From Candidatus Caribbeanibacter nitroreducens (lineage in GTDB: Bacteria > Gemmatimonadota > Gemmatimonadetes > Palauibacterales > Palauibacteraceae), in assembly GCA_947581645.1 (NCBI GenBank), contig CANPVF010000022.1:1-63875 (forward strand): DNA of 63,875 nucleotides, read 5' to 3'. Positions 10,301 through 22,727 of this stretch are shown piece by piece. Within the stretch, counting starts at the first letter, position 1, and the number at the start of each line of letters is the position of its first letter. The position numbers were made by a program, and so were the translations under genes. A model generated the notes under the pieces. It saw only the letters and a program-made list of their open reading frames with translations, was not told where the DNA came from and made no database searches.

Positions 10301-11229
10301 GCGGTGGGGCCGGAGCCCTCCGGCCCCATGGCAGCGGCCTCCAGCTCCCGTGGCGACAGGACCGGGAGCCCGTGGATCTCCTGCCCGATCTTTCGGGAAT
10401 CCACGTCGATCCAGGCGCGTACCTCCCCGCCCTGTGACCGGAGCTCGCGGCCGAAGCGCTTGCCCACGCGCCCCGCCCCCCACACCACGACGGGACGGTC
10501 GGCGGGAAGGGCCCCCCGGAGGAGGAAGTGGACGCGGCAGCGACGGAAGGCGTCCCGCCCGTACCGGGGCGAGGTCCGCGAGAGGCGCTCCTCGCCCCGC
10601 CTCCATCGCAGCAGCGTCCGGTCGACGTTGGCGGCCCGCATCCCCGCGGCGTGCAGGCGGAGCATCAGGTCGTAGTCCTCGGGCCAGCCCTCGTCCCGGT
10701 AGCCGCCCAGCTCCTCCAGGACCCGGGCGCGGATCATCAGCGTGGGATGGGCCACCGGGCACTCCACGAAGAGAGCCCGTCGCACGTCCTCCGACGTCCG
10801 GAGCCCGTTGAGCCACTGCTCGTAGCGGAGCAGGCCCGATCCGATGCCCTCTCGCGGCACGTAGCGCACCCCGGTCCCGCAGGCGGCCAGCTCCGGCCGC
10901 TCCTCCATCAGGGCCACCTGGAGACCCAGCCGCTCCGAGTGGGCCACGTCGTCGGCGTCCATGCGGGCCAGGAGGCGCCCCCGCGCGGCCCCGGCGGCGT
11001 CGTTCAGCGCCGGGATCAGGCCCCGGCGCTCCCGCCGCAGCACCCGCAGCCGCTCCTCCCGACCGGTCCACTCGTCCAGCAGCTCCCCGGTTCGGTCCCG
11101 GGAGCCGTCGTCCACGGCCACGATCTCGAAGTCGGACCACCGCTGGTCGGAGAGGCTCCGGAGCGAGCTCTCCAGGGTTCCGGCGGCATCGCGGCAGGGC
11201 AGGAGGACCGAGACGCGGGGGGCGCTCAC
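10195..11229 (-). CDS. Glycosyltransferase family 2 with C-terminal Rossmann-like extension
   Basis: VSVLLPCRD, VAVDDGSRD, ARMDADD, EDYDL, C-terminal VVWGAGRVG. GTG start at 11229 overlaps the upstream stop. Confidence 0.9.
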   Translation of the reverse strand: MSAPRVSVLLPCRDAAGTLESSLRSLSDQRWSDFEIVAVDDGSRDRTGELLDEWTGREERLRVLRRERRGLIPALNDAAGAARGRLLARMDADDVAHSERLGLQVALMEERPELAACGTGVRYVPREGIGSGLLRYEQWLNGLRTSEDVRRALFVECPVAHPTLMIRARVLEELGGYRDEGWPEDYDLMLRLHAAGMRAANVDRTLLRWRRGEERLSRTSPRYGRDAFRRCRVHFLLRGALPADRPVVVWGAGRVGKRFGRELRSQGGEVRAWIDVDSRKIGQEIHGLPVLSPRELEAAAMGPEGSGPTAYVLVAVGAPGARDEIREELAAMGLRELRDFRAVA

Positions 11230-12013
11230 CGCCGGCCGGAGGAGCCTGTCGTGTCCGGGTGCGGGGACGTCTCCTCCGCCCCGACGGCGCGAAGGAGGAC
11301 CTCCACGGGCCGGGCCGCGAAGACCTGGCGGACCAGCGTCCGGGGCGTCTCCCGGGTGACCCACAGGACGAAGTCGCCCTGGTCGGTGGCGAGCTGCACC
11401 CGGTAGGTGTCGAAGCTGCCGGCGGGGACCTCCACGCTGTCGGCGCCGGTCACCAGCGCCCGGGCCTCCACCACCCCGCGCCCCGGCCGGAAGATGGGAT
11501 AGCGGAGCGTGTCGCCGGGGGCGAGGGGGCTCGCCAGGAGGGCCGCCAGGAGCATGTTGGAGTCCAGGACGCCCGGCGGGAGCTCCCGGTCCACCTCCAC
11601 CCGCCGCGTGTCCCCGGCCCGCTGGCCGGGGCGGGCCGAATCGGCCCGGACGGTGGCCACGCCCGACACCGCTCCGTCCCGGTAGGTGAGGTCCAGGAGG
11701 GCGGAGGCCCGTGCCAGCTGTCCCTCCCGGCGGGCGGACAGCGGCCGGACGTCGCGCGACATCACGTAGGTGGTGGTCTCGTTCCCCAGGCTCCCGGAGA
11801 CCTCCTCCCGGACGCGGAGGCCGCCGTCCCCGGTCCGCGCGTAGCTGACCCGGAGGGTGCCCAGCTCGTCGCCGTCGAAGAGGACGGCGTAGGTGAAGGT
11901 GTCGGCCCGGATCCGCCCGGCGTCCAGCGCCGGCTGCGCGGCGGCGGTGGCCGGGAGGGCGAGGGTCAGGACCGCCACCGCCCCCAGCGCCGCGCCCGCC
12001 GCCGTCCCGGCTC

Positions 12014-12017
<4 letters not shown>
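11226..12017 (-). CDS. Secreted hypothetical protein (DUF3108-like beta-rich fold)
   Basis: C-terminal part of ORF 11226..14099; signal peptide MRAGTAAGAALGAVAVLTLALPATAAA; VEVPAGSFDTYRV motif; ATG overlaps the uvrA stop. Confidence 0.7.
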
Positions 12018-14992
<2,975 letters not shown>

Positions 14993-15149
14993 GGCGTGGG
15001 ATGATACGACGCCGGCGGCGGAGGGTGCCAGCGGAGCCCGCCGCCGCGGCGCTCGCGGGGCGCCTCACCGGGGTTTCCGAGCGGACTCGAGAGGGTAGTT
15101 TACGGGTTCCGCTGTACCGGACGAACGCCACTTCCACCGCACCGGACCC

Positions 15150-17000
15150 GTGCAGGCCAACCCGCAGAGCCCGCTCCGAGAAGAGGAGGCGCTGGGCAAG
15201 GCGTACGACTCGCGCCTGATGAAGCGCCTGCTGGGCTACCTGAAGCCCTACCGGTGGCAGACGGCCGCCGCCGTGGTGATGCTCATCGCCGCCTCCGGGC
15301 TGGAGCTGGTGGGGCCGTGGCTCACCAAGGAGGCCATCGACGAGGCCATCCGGAACGGCGACGAGAACATGCTCCTGTGGCTGGGCTCCGCGTACCTGGC
15401 CTCGCTGGTCCTGGCCGCCGGCCTCCAGTACGGGCAGACGCTGGTCACCACCTGGCTGGGCCAGAACGTGATGAAGGACCTCCGGGAGGAGATCTTCCGG
15501 AAGCTGGACCGGCTGGACCTGAGCTTCTTCGACAAGAACCCCGTGGGCCGGCTCATGACACGGGTCACGAACGACGTGGACGTCCTGAACGAGATGTTCA
15601 CGTCCGGCGTGGTGACGATCTTCGGCGACATCTTCACGCTGCTGTTCATCGTCGGCGCCATGGTGGCGCTGGACCTGCAGCTGGCCCTGGTCACCTTCGC
15701 CGTGCTCCCGGTGGTGTTCGCCGCCGCCTGGATGTTCCGCTCCAGCGTCCGGGACGCCTACCGGGACATCCGGGTCCGGCTGGCGCGGGTGAACTCCTTC
15801 CTGCAGGAGCGCATCGGCGGGATGGGCGTGGTGCAGCTCTTCCGGCAGGAGGAGCCGACGCGGGATCGCTTCGAGGAGCTGAACGACGAGTACCTGGACT
15901 CCCACCTCCGCTCGATCACCTACTACGCCCTCTTCTTCCCGGTGATCGAGCTCATCACCGCCGTGGCCCTGGCGCTGATCATCTGGTACGGCGGCGCCCG
16001 GGCCCTGGAGGGGACGATCACGATCGGCGTCATCGCCGCCTTCCTGCAGTACGCCCGGCGCTTCTTCCGGCCGATCCAGGACCTCTCGCAGAAGTACAAC
16101 ATCCTGCAGAGCGCCATGGCCAGCTCGGAGCGGATCTTCGAGCTCCTGGACCGGGAGCCGGGGGTCGAGGAGCCCGCCGCGCCGGTTCACCTGGACACGC
16201 CGGTGGAGGGGCGGATCCGGTTCGAGGACGTCTGGTTCCGCTACGACACGCTCACCGAGGAGGGAGAGACGCCCTCCGACGTCGTGGCGCCCGAGAGCGA
16301 GCGGGAGTGGGTGCTCAGGGGCATCGACTTCACCGTGGAGCCGGGCCAGCGGGTGGCCATCGTGGGAGCCACCGGCGCCGGGAAGTCCACGATCATCAAC
16401 CTCCTCATGCGCTTCTACGAGCCGCAGCGAGGGCGGATCCTGCTCGACGGCGTCGACATCAGCGACGTGCCGATCCGGGAGCTCCGGTCGCGAATGGGGC
16501 TGGTGCTGCAGGACGTCTACCTCTTCTCGGGAACGGCCCGGGAGAACATCGTCCTGGACCGCCCGGGCATCGACGAGGAGCGGATGCGGCGGGCGGCACG
16601 ACGGGTGGGGATCGCCAGCCACATCGAGCGGCTCCCGGACGGCTACGGGCACGAGCTGGGCGAGCGGGGGAGCAACCTGAGCGTGGGCGAGCGGCAGCTC
16701 CTGAGCTTCGCCCGGGCCCTGGCCGGGGATCCGTCGGTGCTCCTGCTGGACGAGGCCACCAGCTCGGTGGACTCCAGGGTCGAGGCCGAGATCGAGGAGG
16801 CGCTGGAGGAGGTGCTGGAGGGTCGGACGAGCCTGGTCATCGCCCACCGCCTGTCGACGATCCGGAGCGCCGATCGGATCCTGGTGCTGCACCACGGCGA
16901 GATCCGGGAGTCGGGCACCCACGCGGAGCTGCTGGAGCAGGAGGGGCTCTACTCGCGGCTCCACCGCCTGCAGTTCGCCGGCTCCACGACGGCGGCGTAG
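15150..17000 (+). CDS. ABC exporter, fused permease/ATPase (MsbA/MdlB-like)
   Basis: Multi-helix TM N-domain, GATGAGKS, LSVGERQ, LLLDEATS, IAHRLST. Confidence 0.95.
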   Translation: MQANPQSPLREEEALGKAYDSRLMKRLLGYLKPYRWQTAAAVVMLIAASGLELVGPWLTKEAIDEAIRNGDENMLLWLGSAYLASLVLAAGLQYGQTLVTTWLGQNVMKDLREEIFRKLDRLDLSFFDKNPVGRLMTRVTNDVDVLNEMFTSGVVTIFGDIFTLLFIVGAMVALDLQLALVTFAVLPVVFAAAWMFRSSVRDAYRDIRVRLARVNSFLQERIGGMGVVQLFRQEEPTRDRFEELNDEYLDSHLRSITYYALFFPVIELITAVALALIIWYGGARALEGTITIGVIAAFLQYARRFFRPIQDLSQKYNILQSAMASSERIFELLDREPGVEEPAAPVHLDTPVEGRIRFEDVWFRYDTLTEEGETPSDVVAPESEREWVLRGIDFTVEPGQRVAIVGATGAGKSTIINLLMRFYEPQRGRILLDGVDISDVPIRELRSRMGLVLQDVYLFSGTARENIVLDRPGIDEERMRRAARRVGIASHIERLPDGYGHELGERGSNLSVGERQLLSFARALAGDPSVLLLDEATSSVDSRVEAEIEEALEEVLEGRTSLVIAHRLSTIRSADRILVLHHGEIRESGTHAELLEQEGLYSRLHRLQFAGSTTAA

Positions 17001-17012
17001 GGGGTGGGAGAG

Positions 17013-17246
17013 ATGCAGGCGCTCCTGGACGCCGCGGCCGGAATCGACACGAGATGGGTGCTGGCGGTCACGCTCCTGCTGCTGGACGTGTGGTGCATCG
17101 GGCTCCTGCTGCGCTCCGACGGAAGCCCCCGCTCCAAGGTCCTGTGGGCGGGAATCATCCTCCTGTGCCCCGTCGTGGGGTGCGTCCTGTGGTACGTGCT
17201 GGGGCCGAAGCCCGACATGCTGCCGGAGGAGGAGAGAGTGGGCTGA
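17013..17246 (+). CDS. Small membrane protein, PLDc_N-like
   Basis: Two TMs with the KVLWAGIILLCPVVGCVLWYVLG pattern; GGGAG RBS. Confidence 0.75.
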   Translation: MQALLDAAAGIDTRWVLAVTLLLLDVWCIGLLLRSDGSPRSKVLWAGIILLCPVVGCVLWYVLGPKPDMLPEEERVG

Positions 17247-17265
17247 GCGGGGAGCCCCTTCGCGC

Positions 17266-18615
17266 TCAGCCCCGGGATTCCTTCCCGTCGAGCAGCTCCG
17301 CCACCAGCGCCGCTCCCCGCTCCGCGGCGCCGGCGCTGTCCTCGGCGAAGCTCCGGGCGGCCTGCCCCATCTCGCGGCGGAGGCCCCCGTCGGCCAGCAG
17401 CTCCTCCAGCTGATCCGCCAGGACCCGCGCCGCCGCCGCCGGATCTTCCCCGCCGGGGACCCGCCGCGCTGCCCCCCGCTCCACGAGGGCCCGGGCCTCC
17501 CACCGATCCCCCCGGGGTCCGAAGAGCACCGGCACCCCGGCGGCCGCCGGCTCCACGACGGAGTGGAGCCCGTCGCTGCCGAGCCCTCCCCCGACCCAGG
17601 CCAGGTCGGCCGCCCCGTAGAGTCGCGCCAGGAGCCCCGTCCGGTTCACGACCAGGAGGTCGTCGACGGCGGTGGCCGGCGGCGGGCCTCCCGCGCCCCA
17701 GACCGCGGGCTCCCGCCCCAGCCGCTCCCTGCACAGTCCGTCGATGCGCTCCCGGGCGCCGGGGCCGGGCTCGTGGGGAACGAGCACCAGGACGGGGGCG
17801 CCGGCCCCGCTCCCGTCGCCGGCCAGGCGGCCGTGCGCCCGCACCAGGAGCTCCTCGTCCGGCGGCCAGGTGGAGCCCGCCACCAGAACCGGCCGCCCCG
17901 CGGGGGCCAGGCGGGAGAGGACGGCAGCCGCCCCCCCGCCGTCCGGGCCCGATCGCCCGGCCTCCGACAGGGCGCGGTCGACGGCCGCGTCCCCGGTGAC
18001 CTCCACCGCCTCCTCGCGGACGCCCAGGCTCCGGAGCCGGCCGGCGTCCTCGCCGGTGGCGGCCCCGACGCGCCGGAGGCGGCCGTAGCCGGGGCGGAGC
18101 AGCCCCCGGGCCACCGGTCGGAGGCGGGTGCTGCCGGGCCGCACCGTGGCGTTGACCATGCCCAGGGGAACGCCGATCCCGGCGGCGGCGCGGGTCAGGT
18201 TCGGCCACAGGTCGCCGCGCGCGAAGACGAGGGCCGACGGCTCGAGAGCGCGGAGGGCCCGGCGGCAGTCCCGCGCGGTGTCCAGGGGCAGGAAGTCGGC
18301 GCGGTCGGGTCGAAGCCCGGAGAGGGCGTCCCGGCCGGAGGGCGAGGCGTGGGTGACGAGCAGGTCGAGCTCCCGGTCTCCGCGGAGCCGATCCACCACC
18401 GGGGCCGCGCCCAGCAGCTCGCCGGCGGAGGCGCCGTGGAGCCAGAGCAGGGGGGACGCCGACGACCGGGAGCGGCCCCAGCCGGTCAGCGCCGAGGAGG
18501 CGGCCCGGCGGCCGGCGGAGGCCTCGGCCGCCTTCGGGTCCAGGAGGCCGGCCGCCGGCAGGAGGGGGCGGAGGGCGTCCACCGCGAGCCCCCAGGCTCG
18601 CTCACGGAGCGTCAC
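17266..18615 (-). CDS. waaA: 3-deoxy-D-manno-octulosonic acid (Kdo) transferase
   Basis: LWLHGASAGE, FLPLD, DLWPNL, VTGD, VAGSTW, LVPH, HSVVEPAAAGVPVLFGP. Confidence 0.9.
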   Translation of the reverse strand: MTLRERAWGLAVDALRPLLPAAGLLDPKAAEASAGRRAASSALTGWGRSRSSASPLLWLHGASAGELLGAAPVVDRLRGDRELDLLVTHASPSGRDALSGLRPDRADFLPLDTARDCRRALRALEPSALVFARGDLWPNLTRAAAGIGVPLGMVNATVRPGSTRLRPVARGLLRPGYGRLRRVGAATGEDAGRLRSLGVREEAVEVTGDAAVDRALSEAGRSGPDGGGAAAVLSRLAPAGRPVLVAGSTWPPDEELLVRAHGRLAGDGSGAGAPVLVLVPHEPGPGARERIDGLCRERLGREPAVWGAGGPPPATAVDDLLVVNRTGLLARLYGAADLAWVGGGLGSDGLHSVVEPAAAGVPVLFGPRGDRWEARALVERGAARRVPGGEDPAAAARVLADQLEELLADGGLRREMGQAARSFAEDSAGAAERGAALVAELLDGKESRG

Positions 18616-18646
18616 GTCGACGCCGTCCCGAAGCGGATGACGGGAC

Positions 18647-18979
18647 TCAGACGGGGTGGCTTCCGCCCTCGTCGTCGGGCTCCCAGCCCTCGTCGTCCCA
18701 TTCGTCGGCGAGCTCCTCCATCCGCTCGCGGGCCTCGCGCACGATCCGCCGCGCCTCCCTCTCCTCCGGGTCCTCCACGGGCATCAGGCGCTCGGTGTGG
18801 CGCACTTCGTAGTCGAACAGGAGGGCCCGGACGTCGCCCAGCCGGGTCAGCAGGAGCGGCAGCGCGCGCAGCAGACGCCCCTCCTCCTCCAGGCGCTGCA
18901 CGAGCTCCGCGAAGTTGAGCAGGACTCGGCGAACCTTCTCCTCGTCGGGCGTGTCGTCGGATCCTCTGTTCCCGGGCAT
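18647..18979 (-). CDS. Hypothetical acidic protein (about 110 aa)
   Basis: ATG at 18979 preceded by AGGAGGGAGG; helical, protein-like sequence. Confidence 0.7.
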   Translation of the reverse strand: MPGNRGSDDTPDEEKVRRVLLNFAELVQRLEEEGRLLRALPLLLTRLGDVRALLFDYEVRHTERLMPVEDPEEREARRIVREARERMEELADEWDDEGWEPDDEGGSHPV

Positions 18980-19144
18980 GCGGGACCTCCCTCCTGTCTG
19001 GCCGCTGTCCGGGTCCGGGCTCGCGGCACGGGCGGCGAGCAGTGGCGTCCGGACCCGGTTCGGACCTACATACCCTCGCTCCCCCCGCGGCGTTCTCGGC
19101 GCCCGGAGGCGGGACGGATCTACGGCGCGCGCCGCCGGTAGCAC

Positions 19145-20266
19145 TTGACCGTGACCCCGGACCGCTCCCGCCCGCGCCTCTCGTCCCCCGCCGCCGGCCG
19201 CCACCTGTGCCTGGCGGCCGTGGCCCTGGCCGTGGCCGTTCCCGCCCTCTTCGGCGCCTGCTCACCGGGCTACGTCCTGCGCGCGGGGTGGGAGGAGCTC
19301 AAGATCCTCGAGCGCCGCCAGCCCATCGACCGGGCCGTCCACGACACCGCGCTCTCCGAGGACCTGCGCCGGAAGCTCCGGCTCGTGGTGGACGCCCGCG
19401 AGTACGCCGAGCGCGAGCTGGGTCTGGAGGCCGGCAAGAGCTACCGGAGCTTCGCCCGCATGCCCGCGGACACCCTGATGCTCGTGGTCTCCGCGGCGCA
19501 CCCCTATCGCCTGGCCTGGAAGACCTGGTGGTTCCCCATCGTGGGTCGGGTGCCGTACCGGGGCTTCTTCGACTTCGACGAGGCCCGGGACCTGGCCGCC
19601 AGCCTCCGGGACCGCGGCTTCGACACCTACGTGCGTCCCACGGCGGCCTTCAGCACCCTGGGCTGGCTGCCGGACCCGATCCTCTCGCCCGCCCTGCAGG
19701 GGGACAGCGTCTCCGTGGTGGAGACGGTGATCCACGAGATGACCCACACCACGTTCTTCCCGTCCGGCGAGGTGAACTTCAACGAGAGCTTCGCCAACTT
19801 CGTCGGGCACCGCGGCGCCGTCGACTTCTTCTGCCGCGGCCTGGCGGACGAGGACAACTGCCGGCGCGCCCGGGACCGGTGGCACGACACGCGGGTCTTC
19901 GGGCGCTTCTTCCAGTCCACCCTGGAGGAGTTCCGCGAGCTCTACGGCCGTTCGCTGCCGGACTCGGTCATGGAGGCCCGCAAGCGAGCGCTCTTCCGGG
20001 CGTCGGCCGATCGGTACGCGGAGGAGTTCAGGCCGCAGCTGCGGGCCGGGACGTACGGGGACCTGGACCCCGAGGGGCTCAACAACGCCTGGCTGCTGGG
20101 CAGGATCCTCTACTACAGGCAGCTGGACGACTTCGAGGCCGTGTACGGCTCGAGCGACGGGCTCCGGGCCGCCGTGGATCGGATCATCCGGGCGGTCGGG
20201 GAGTCGGGGGAGGGGCCGTGGGAGGCCCTGGACCGCCTCCTCGACGAGCGCTCCGCCGCCGGCTAG
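19145..20266 (+). CDS. Putative Zn aminopeptidase, lipoprotein-like
   Basis: WWFPIVGRVPYRGFF, AFSTLGWLPDP, IHEMTH (HExxH), FNESFANFVG; ALFGAC lipobox-like motif. Confidence 0.88.
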   Translation: MTVTPDRSRPRLSSPAAGRHLCLAAVALAVAVPALFGACSPGYVLRAGWEELKILERRQPIDRAVHDTALSEDLRRKLRLVVDAREYAERELGLEAGKSYRSFARMPADTLMLVVSAAHPYRLAWKTWWFPIVGRVPYRGFFDFDEARDLAASLRDRGFDTYVRPTAAFSTLGWLPDPILSPALQGDSVSVVETVIHEMTHTTFFPSGEVNFNESFANFVGHRGAVDFFCRGLADEDNCRRARDRWHDTRVFGRFFQSTLEEFRELYGRSLPDSVMEARKRALFRASADRYAEEFRPQLRAGTYGDLDPEGLNNAWLLGRILYYRQLDDFEAVYGSSDGLRAAVDRIIRAVGESGEGPWEALDRLLDERSAAG

Positions 20267-20342
20267 GTTCTGCCCGCCTCGGCGGCCGTCCCGCCGGGGT
20301 CGCCGACGCGTACCGGTCCCAGCATCTCCAGCTCCCTTCCAT

Positions 20343-21218
20343 ATGTTCGACAAGATCCTCGTCGCCGTCGATTTCTCGGATCCCTCCGTCGAGTCCCTGG
20401 ACTGGACCAGGGACCGCTACCCGGACGCCGAGATCGTCCTCTTCCACGCCCTGGAGCGGACGGACCCCCCGAACTATGTCCGGCGCGCCCTGGGCGACGC
20501 CCTGGACCTGGGCCAGGAAGAGGAGCTGGACGCCCGGTCCAACCTGGAGGCCCTGGCGGAGGCGAGAGGGCTCGAGGGGGGGACCATGGTCCGGGAGGGG
20601 TGGCCGCCGGCCGCCGTGCACGAGGCCGCCCACGAGGTCGGGGCCGACCTCATCGTCGTGGCGGCCCACCGGCGTCAGGTGTGGCCCGGGGACGAGCCGC
20701 CGGGCGCGACGGCCGAGGCCATCGCCGAGCGCTCGTCGGTGCCGCTCCTCATCTGGCGGGACCAGGTGGAGCCCACCACGGACCACCCCACCGTGGTCGC
20801 GTCGCTCGACCTCAGGGAGGGCACCGAGCCGGTGGCGGAGGCGGCGGCGCGCGTGGCGAAAAGCTTCGGGGCGCGCCTCCTCATGCTGCACGTCCTCTCG
20901 GGGACGCTCCACTCCTACCTGCGCGCGGTGAGCTCCCCGGCGAAGGTCGAGGAGGCGGAGCGCTCCATCCAGCGGAGCGCGCGCCAGGAGGCCGAGGGGC
21001 GCGTGCCGGAGGATCTGCGCGGGGAGCTCGAGATCCAGACGGTGATCCAGCGCGGACGCCCGATCACCCAGATCCTGGCCACGGCCGAGACCGAGGCCGC
21101 GGACCTGATCGTCATGGGGAAGAGCCACGCCGCCCGGCCGGACGCGGGCCTCCTGGGGAGCGTGACGGGGAAGGTCGTGCGCGGCGCCAGCTGCTCGGTG
21201 CTGATCGTCCCCCTGTAG
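20343..21218 (+). CDS. Tandem universal stress protein
   Basis: KILVAVDFS, ADLIVVAAH, ADLIVMG, LLGSVTGKVVRGASCSVLIV. Confidence 0.93.
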   Translation: MFDKILVAVDFSDPSVESLDWTRDRYPDAEIVLFHALERTDPPNYVRRALGDALDLGQEEELDARSNLEALAEARGLEGGTMVREGWPPAAVHEAAHEVGADLIVVAAHRRQVWPGDEPPGATAEAIAERSSVPLLIWRDQVEPTTDHPTVVASLDLREGTEPVAEAAARVAKSFGARLLMLHVLSGTLHSYLRAVSSPAKVEEAERSIQRSARQEAEGRVPEDLRGELEIQTVIQRGRPITQILATAETEAADLIVMGKSHAARPDAGLLGSVTGKVVRGASCSVLIVPL

Positions 21219-21230
21219 GGACGGACCTCG

Positions 21231-21758
21231 TCAGACGTCCCAGCCCTTGGGGACGAGCACCATCTCCATGTTCCGGCCCTCGCCGAGGCCGCTGCGGCTC
21301 TGCACCTGAGCGACGTCGTCCAGCTCCTCGGCGATGCGGTCCAGGAGCTCCTCCCCGAGCTCGGGGCGCCTGAGCTCCCGATACCGGAACATCACGACGA
21401 CCTTGACCTTGTTCCCGTCGTCGATGAACTCCCGGGCGTGGCGGGTCTTGAAGTCGAAGTCGTGCTCCTCGATCTTCGGCCGGAACTTGACCTGCTTGAC
21501 CTCGACCGTGTGCTGTTTCTTCTTGGCCTCTTTGCGCTTCTTGGCCTGCTCGTACTTCCACTGGCCGAAGTCCATGAGGCGGACCACCGGCGGCTTGGCG
21601 TCCGGAGCCACCTCCACCAGGTCCAGGCCCACCTGGTCGGCCTTCTCCCGGGCCTCCTCCAGCTGGACGATGCCGAGCTGCTCGCCCTCGTTGTCGATGA
21701 GCCGGACCGGGCTGACCCGGATCTCCTCGTTCACGCGATGATCTTCGGGCTTAGTAAT
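21231..21758 (-). CDS. infC: Translation initiation factor IF-3, ATT start codon
   Basis: RVNEEIRVSPVRLID, LDLVEVAP, VKQVKFRPKIEEHDF. In-frame ATT at 21758 is 7 nt downstream of GGAGG. Confidence 0.95.
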   Translation of the reverse strand: MTKPEDHRVNEEIRVSPVRLIDNEGEQLGIVQLEEAREKADQVGLDLVEVAPDAKPPVVRLMDFGQWKYEQAKKRKEAKKKQHTVEVKQVKFRPKIEEHDFDFKTRHAREFIDDGNKVKVVVMFRYRELRRPELGEELLDRIAEELDDVAQVQSRSGLGEGRNMEMVLVPKGWDV

Positions 21759-21983
21759 CCTGCTACCTCCTCTCCGCATGTGCGCCAGTAGCCGCCCCGC
21801 CCGCGAACCGCGCGGGGCCGGTGCGTCCGCGTCCCGGCTGCCGGACCGTCCGGCGACCCGGGACGGGGCGCCGCAGACACCGATCGCTGCGGCGGTATCC
21901 GGGGCTGCAAGACCCATACACGTCTCCCGTGGCTGTGCGCCGCCGGGAGCCGCTCGTGCCGGTGACTGCCGGTCCGACGGCGC

Positions 21984-22292
21984 TCAGCCCGTCGCCCCGG
22001 CCCCGGCCTCCGGCGGCCGGGCTGCCGTGGCCAGGAACGCGGTGGCCACCACCAGGATGCCCCCCAGCATGGCGTTCCACTGGGCGGCCCACCCGACGAA
22101 GGCGGAGACGAGCAGCCAGGCGCCGGCCACCAGCAGGGGGACGGCTCCCCGCCCGCCCAGGCTCGCCAGCCCCGCCACGACCGCCACGGCGCCTCCGGCC
22201 ACGAACAGCCAGGCGGCGGTGTAGTCCAGGATCCCGGCGGCCATGAGACCGGCGCCGGCGACAGCGGCCACGAACGAGAACCAGGTGCGCAT
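21984..22292 (-). CDS. Small multi-pass membrane protein (SPW-repeat-like)
   Basis: Hydrophobic; GAWLLVSAF...WN pattern; AGGAG RBS. Confidence 0.65.
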   Translation of the reverse strand: MRTWFSFVAAVAGAGLMAAGILDYTAAWLFVAGGAVAVVAGLASLGGRGAVPLLVAGAWLLVSAFVGWAAQWNAMLGGILVVATAFLATAARPPEAGAGATG

Positions 22293-22379
22293 GCTCTCCT
22301 CTTCCCTTTGTTTGTTCGACCCTCGTCGGACGGCGCTCGTCGCCGCCCGCTCAACCGGACACTCTCAATCCGCCACGAG

Positions 22380-22676
22380 ATGAACGACACCGACGGATTC
22401 CGATGCGCTCGCTGCGGCACCGAGGACGGGGAGCCGCTGGGCGCCCCGCCCTTCGCCAACGAGATCGGGCGACGGGTGGCCCGGGAGATCTGCCCCGAGT
22501 GCTGGGACGACTGGAAGGACCGGCAGATGCTCCTCATCAACCATTACGGCCTGAACCTCCAGGACCGGGAAGCCCGATCCTTCCTCATGGACAACATGGA
22601 GAGCTTCCTCTTCGAGGAGGGGGAGGGGGAGGCGTCCATCGACACGAGCAAGGAGGGGCAGATCGACTGGGACTGA
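22380..22676 (+). CDS. yggX: Fe(II)-trafficking / oxidative damage protection protein (YggX family)
   Basis: CARC, PPFANEIGRRV, CWDDWKDRQMLLINHYGLNL. Confidence 0.85.
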   Translation: MNDTDGFRCARCGTEDGEPLGAPPFANEIGRRVAREICPECWDDWKDRQMLLINHYGLNLQDREARSFLMDNMESFLFEEGEGEASIDTSKEGQIDWD

Positions 22677-22727
22677 CGGACGGCGATCGGCACTCCGTCC
22701 CGCCCGTCCCCCGTCTCCCGCCGCCCC

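Noticed and set aside
14993-15149. SOS box upstream of uvrA
   Set aside because: No match to the GAAC-N7-GAAA repeat found at imuA.
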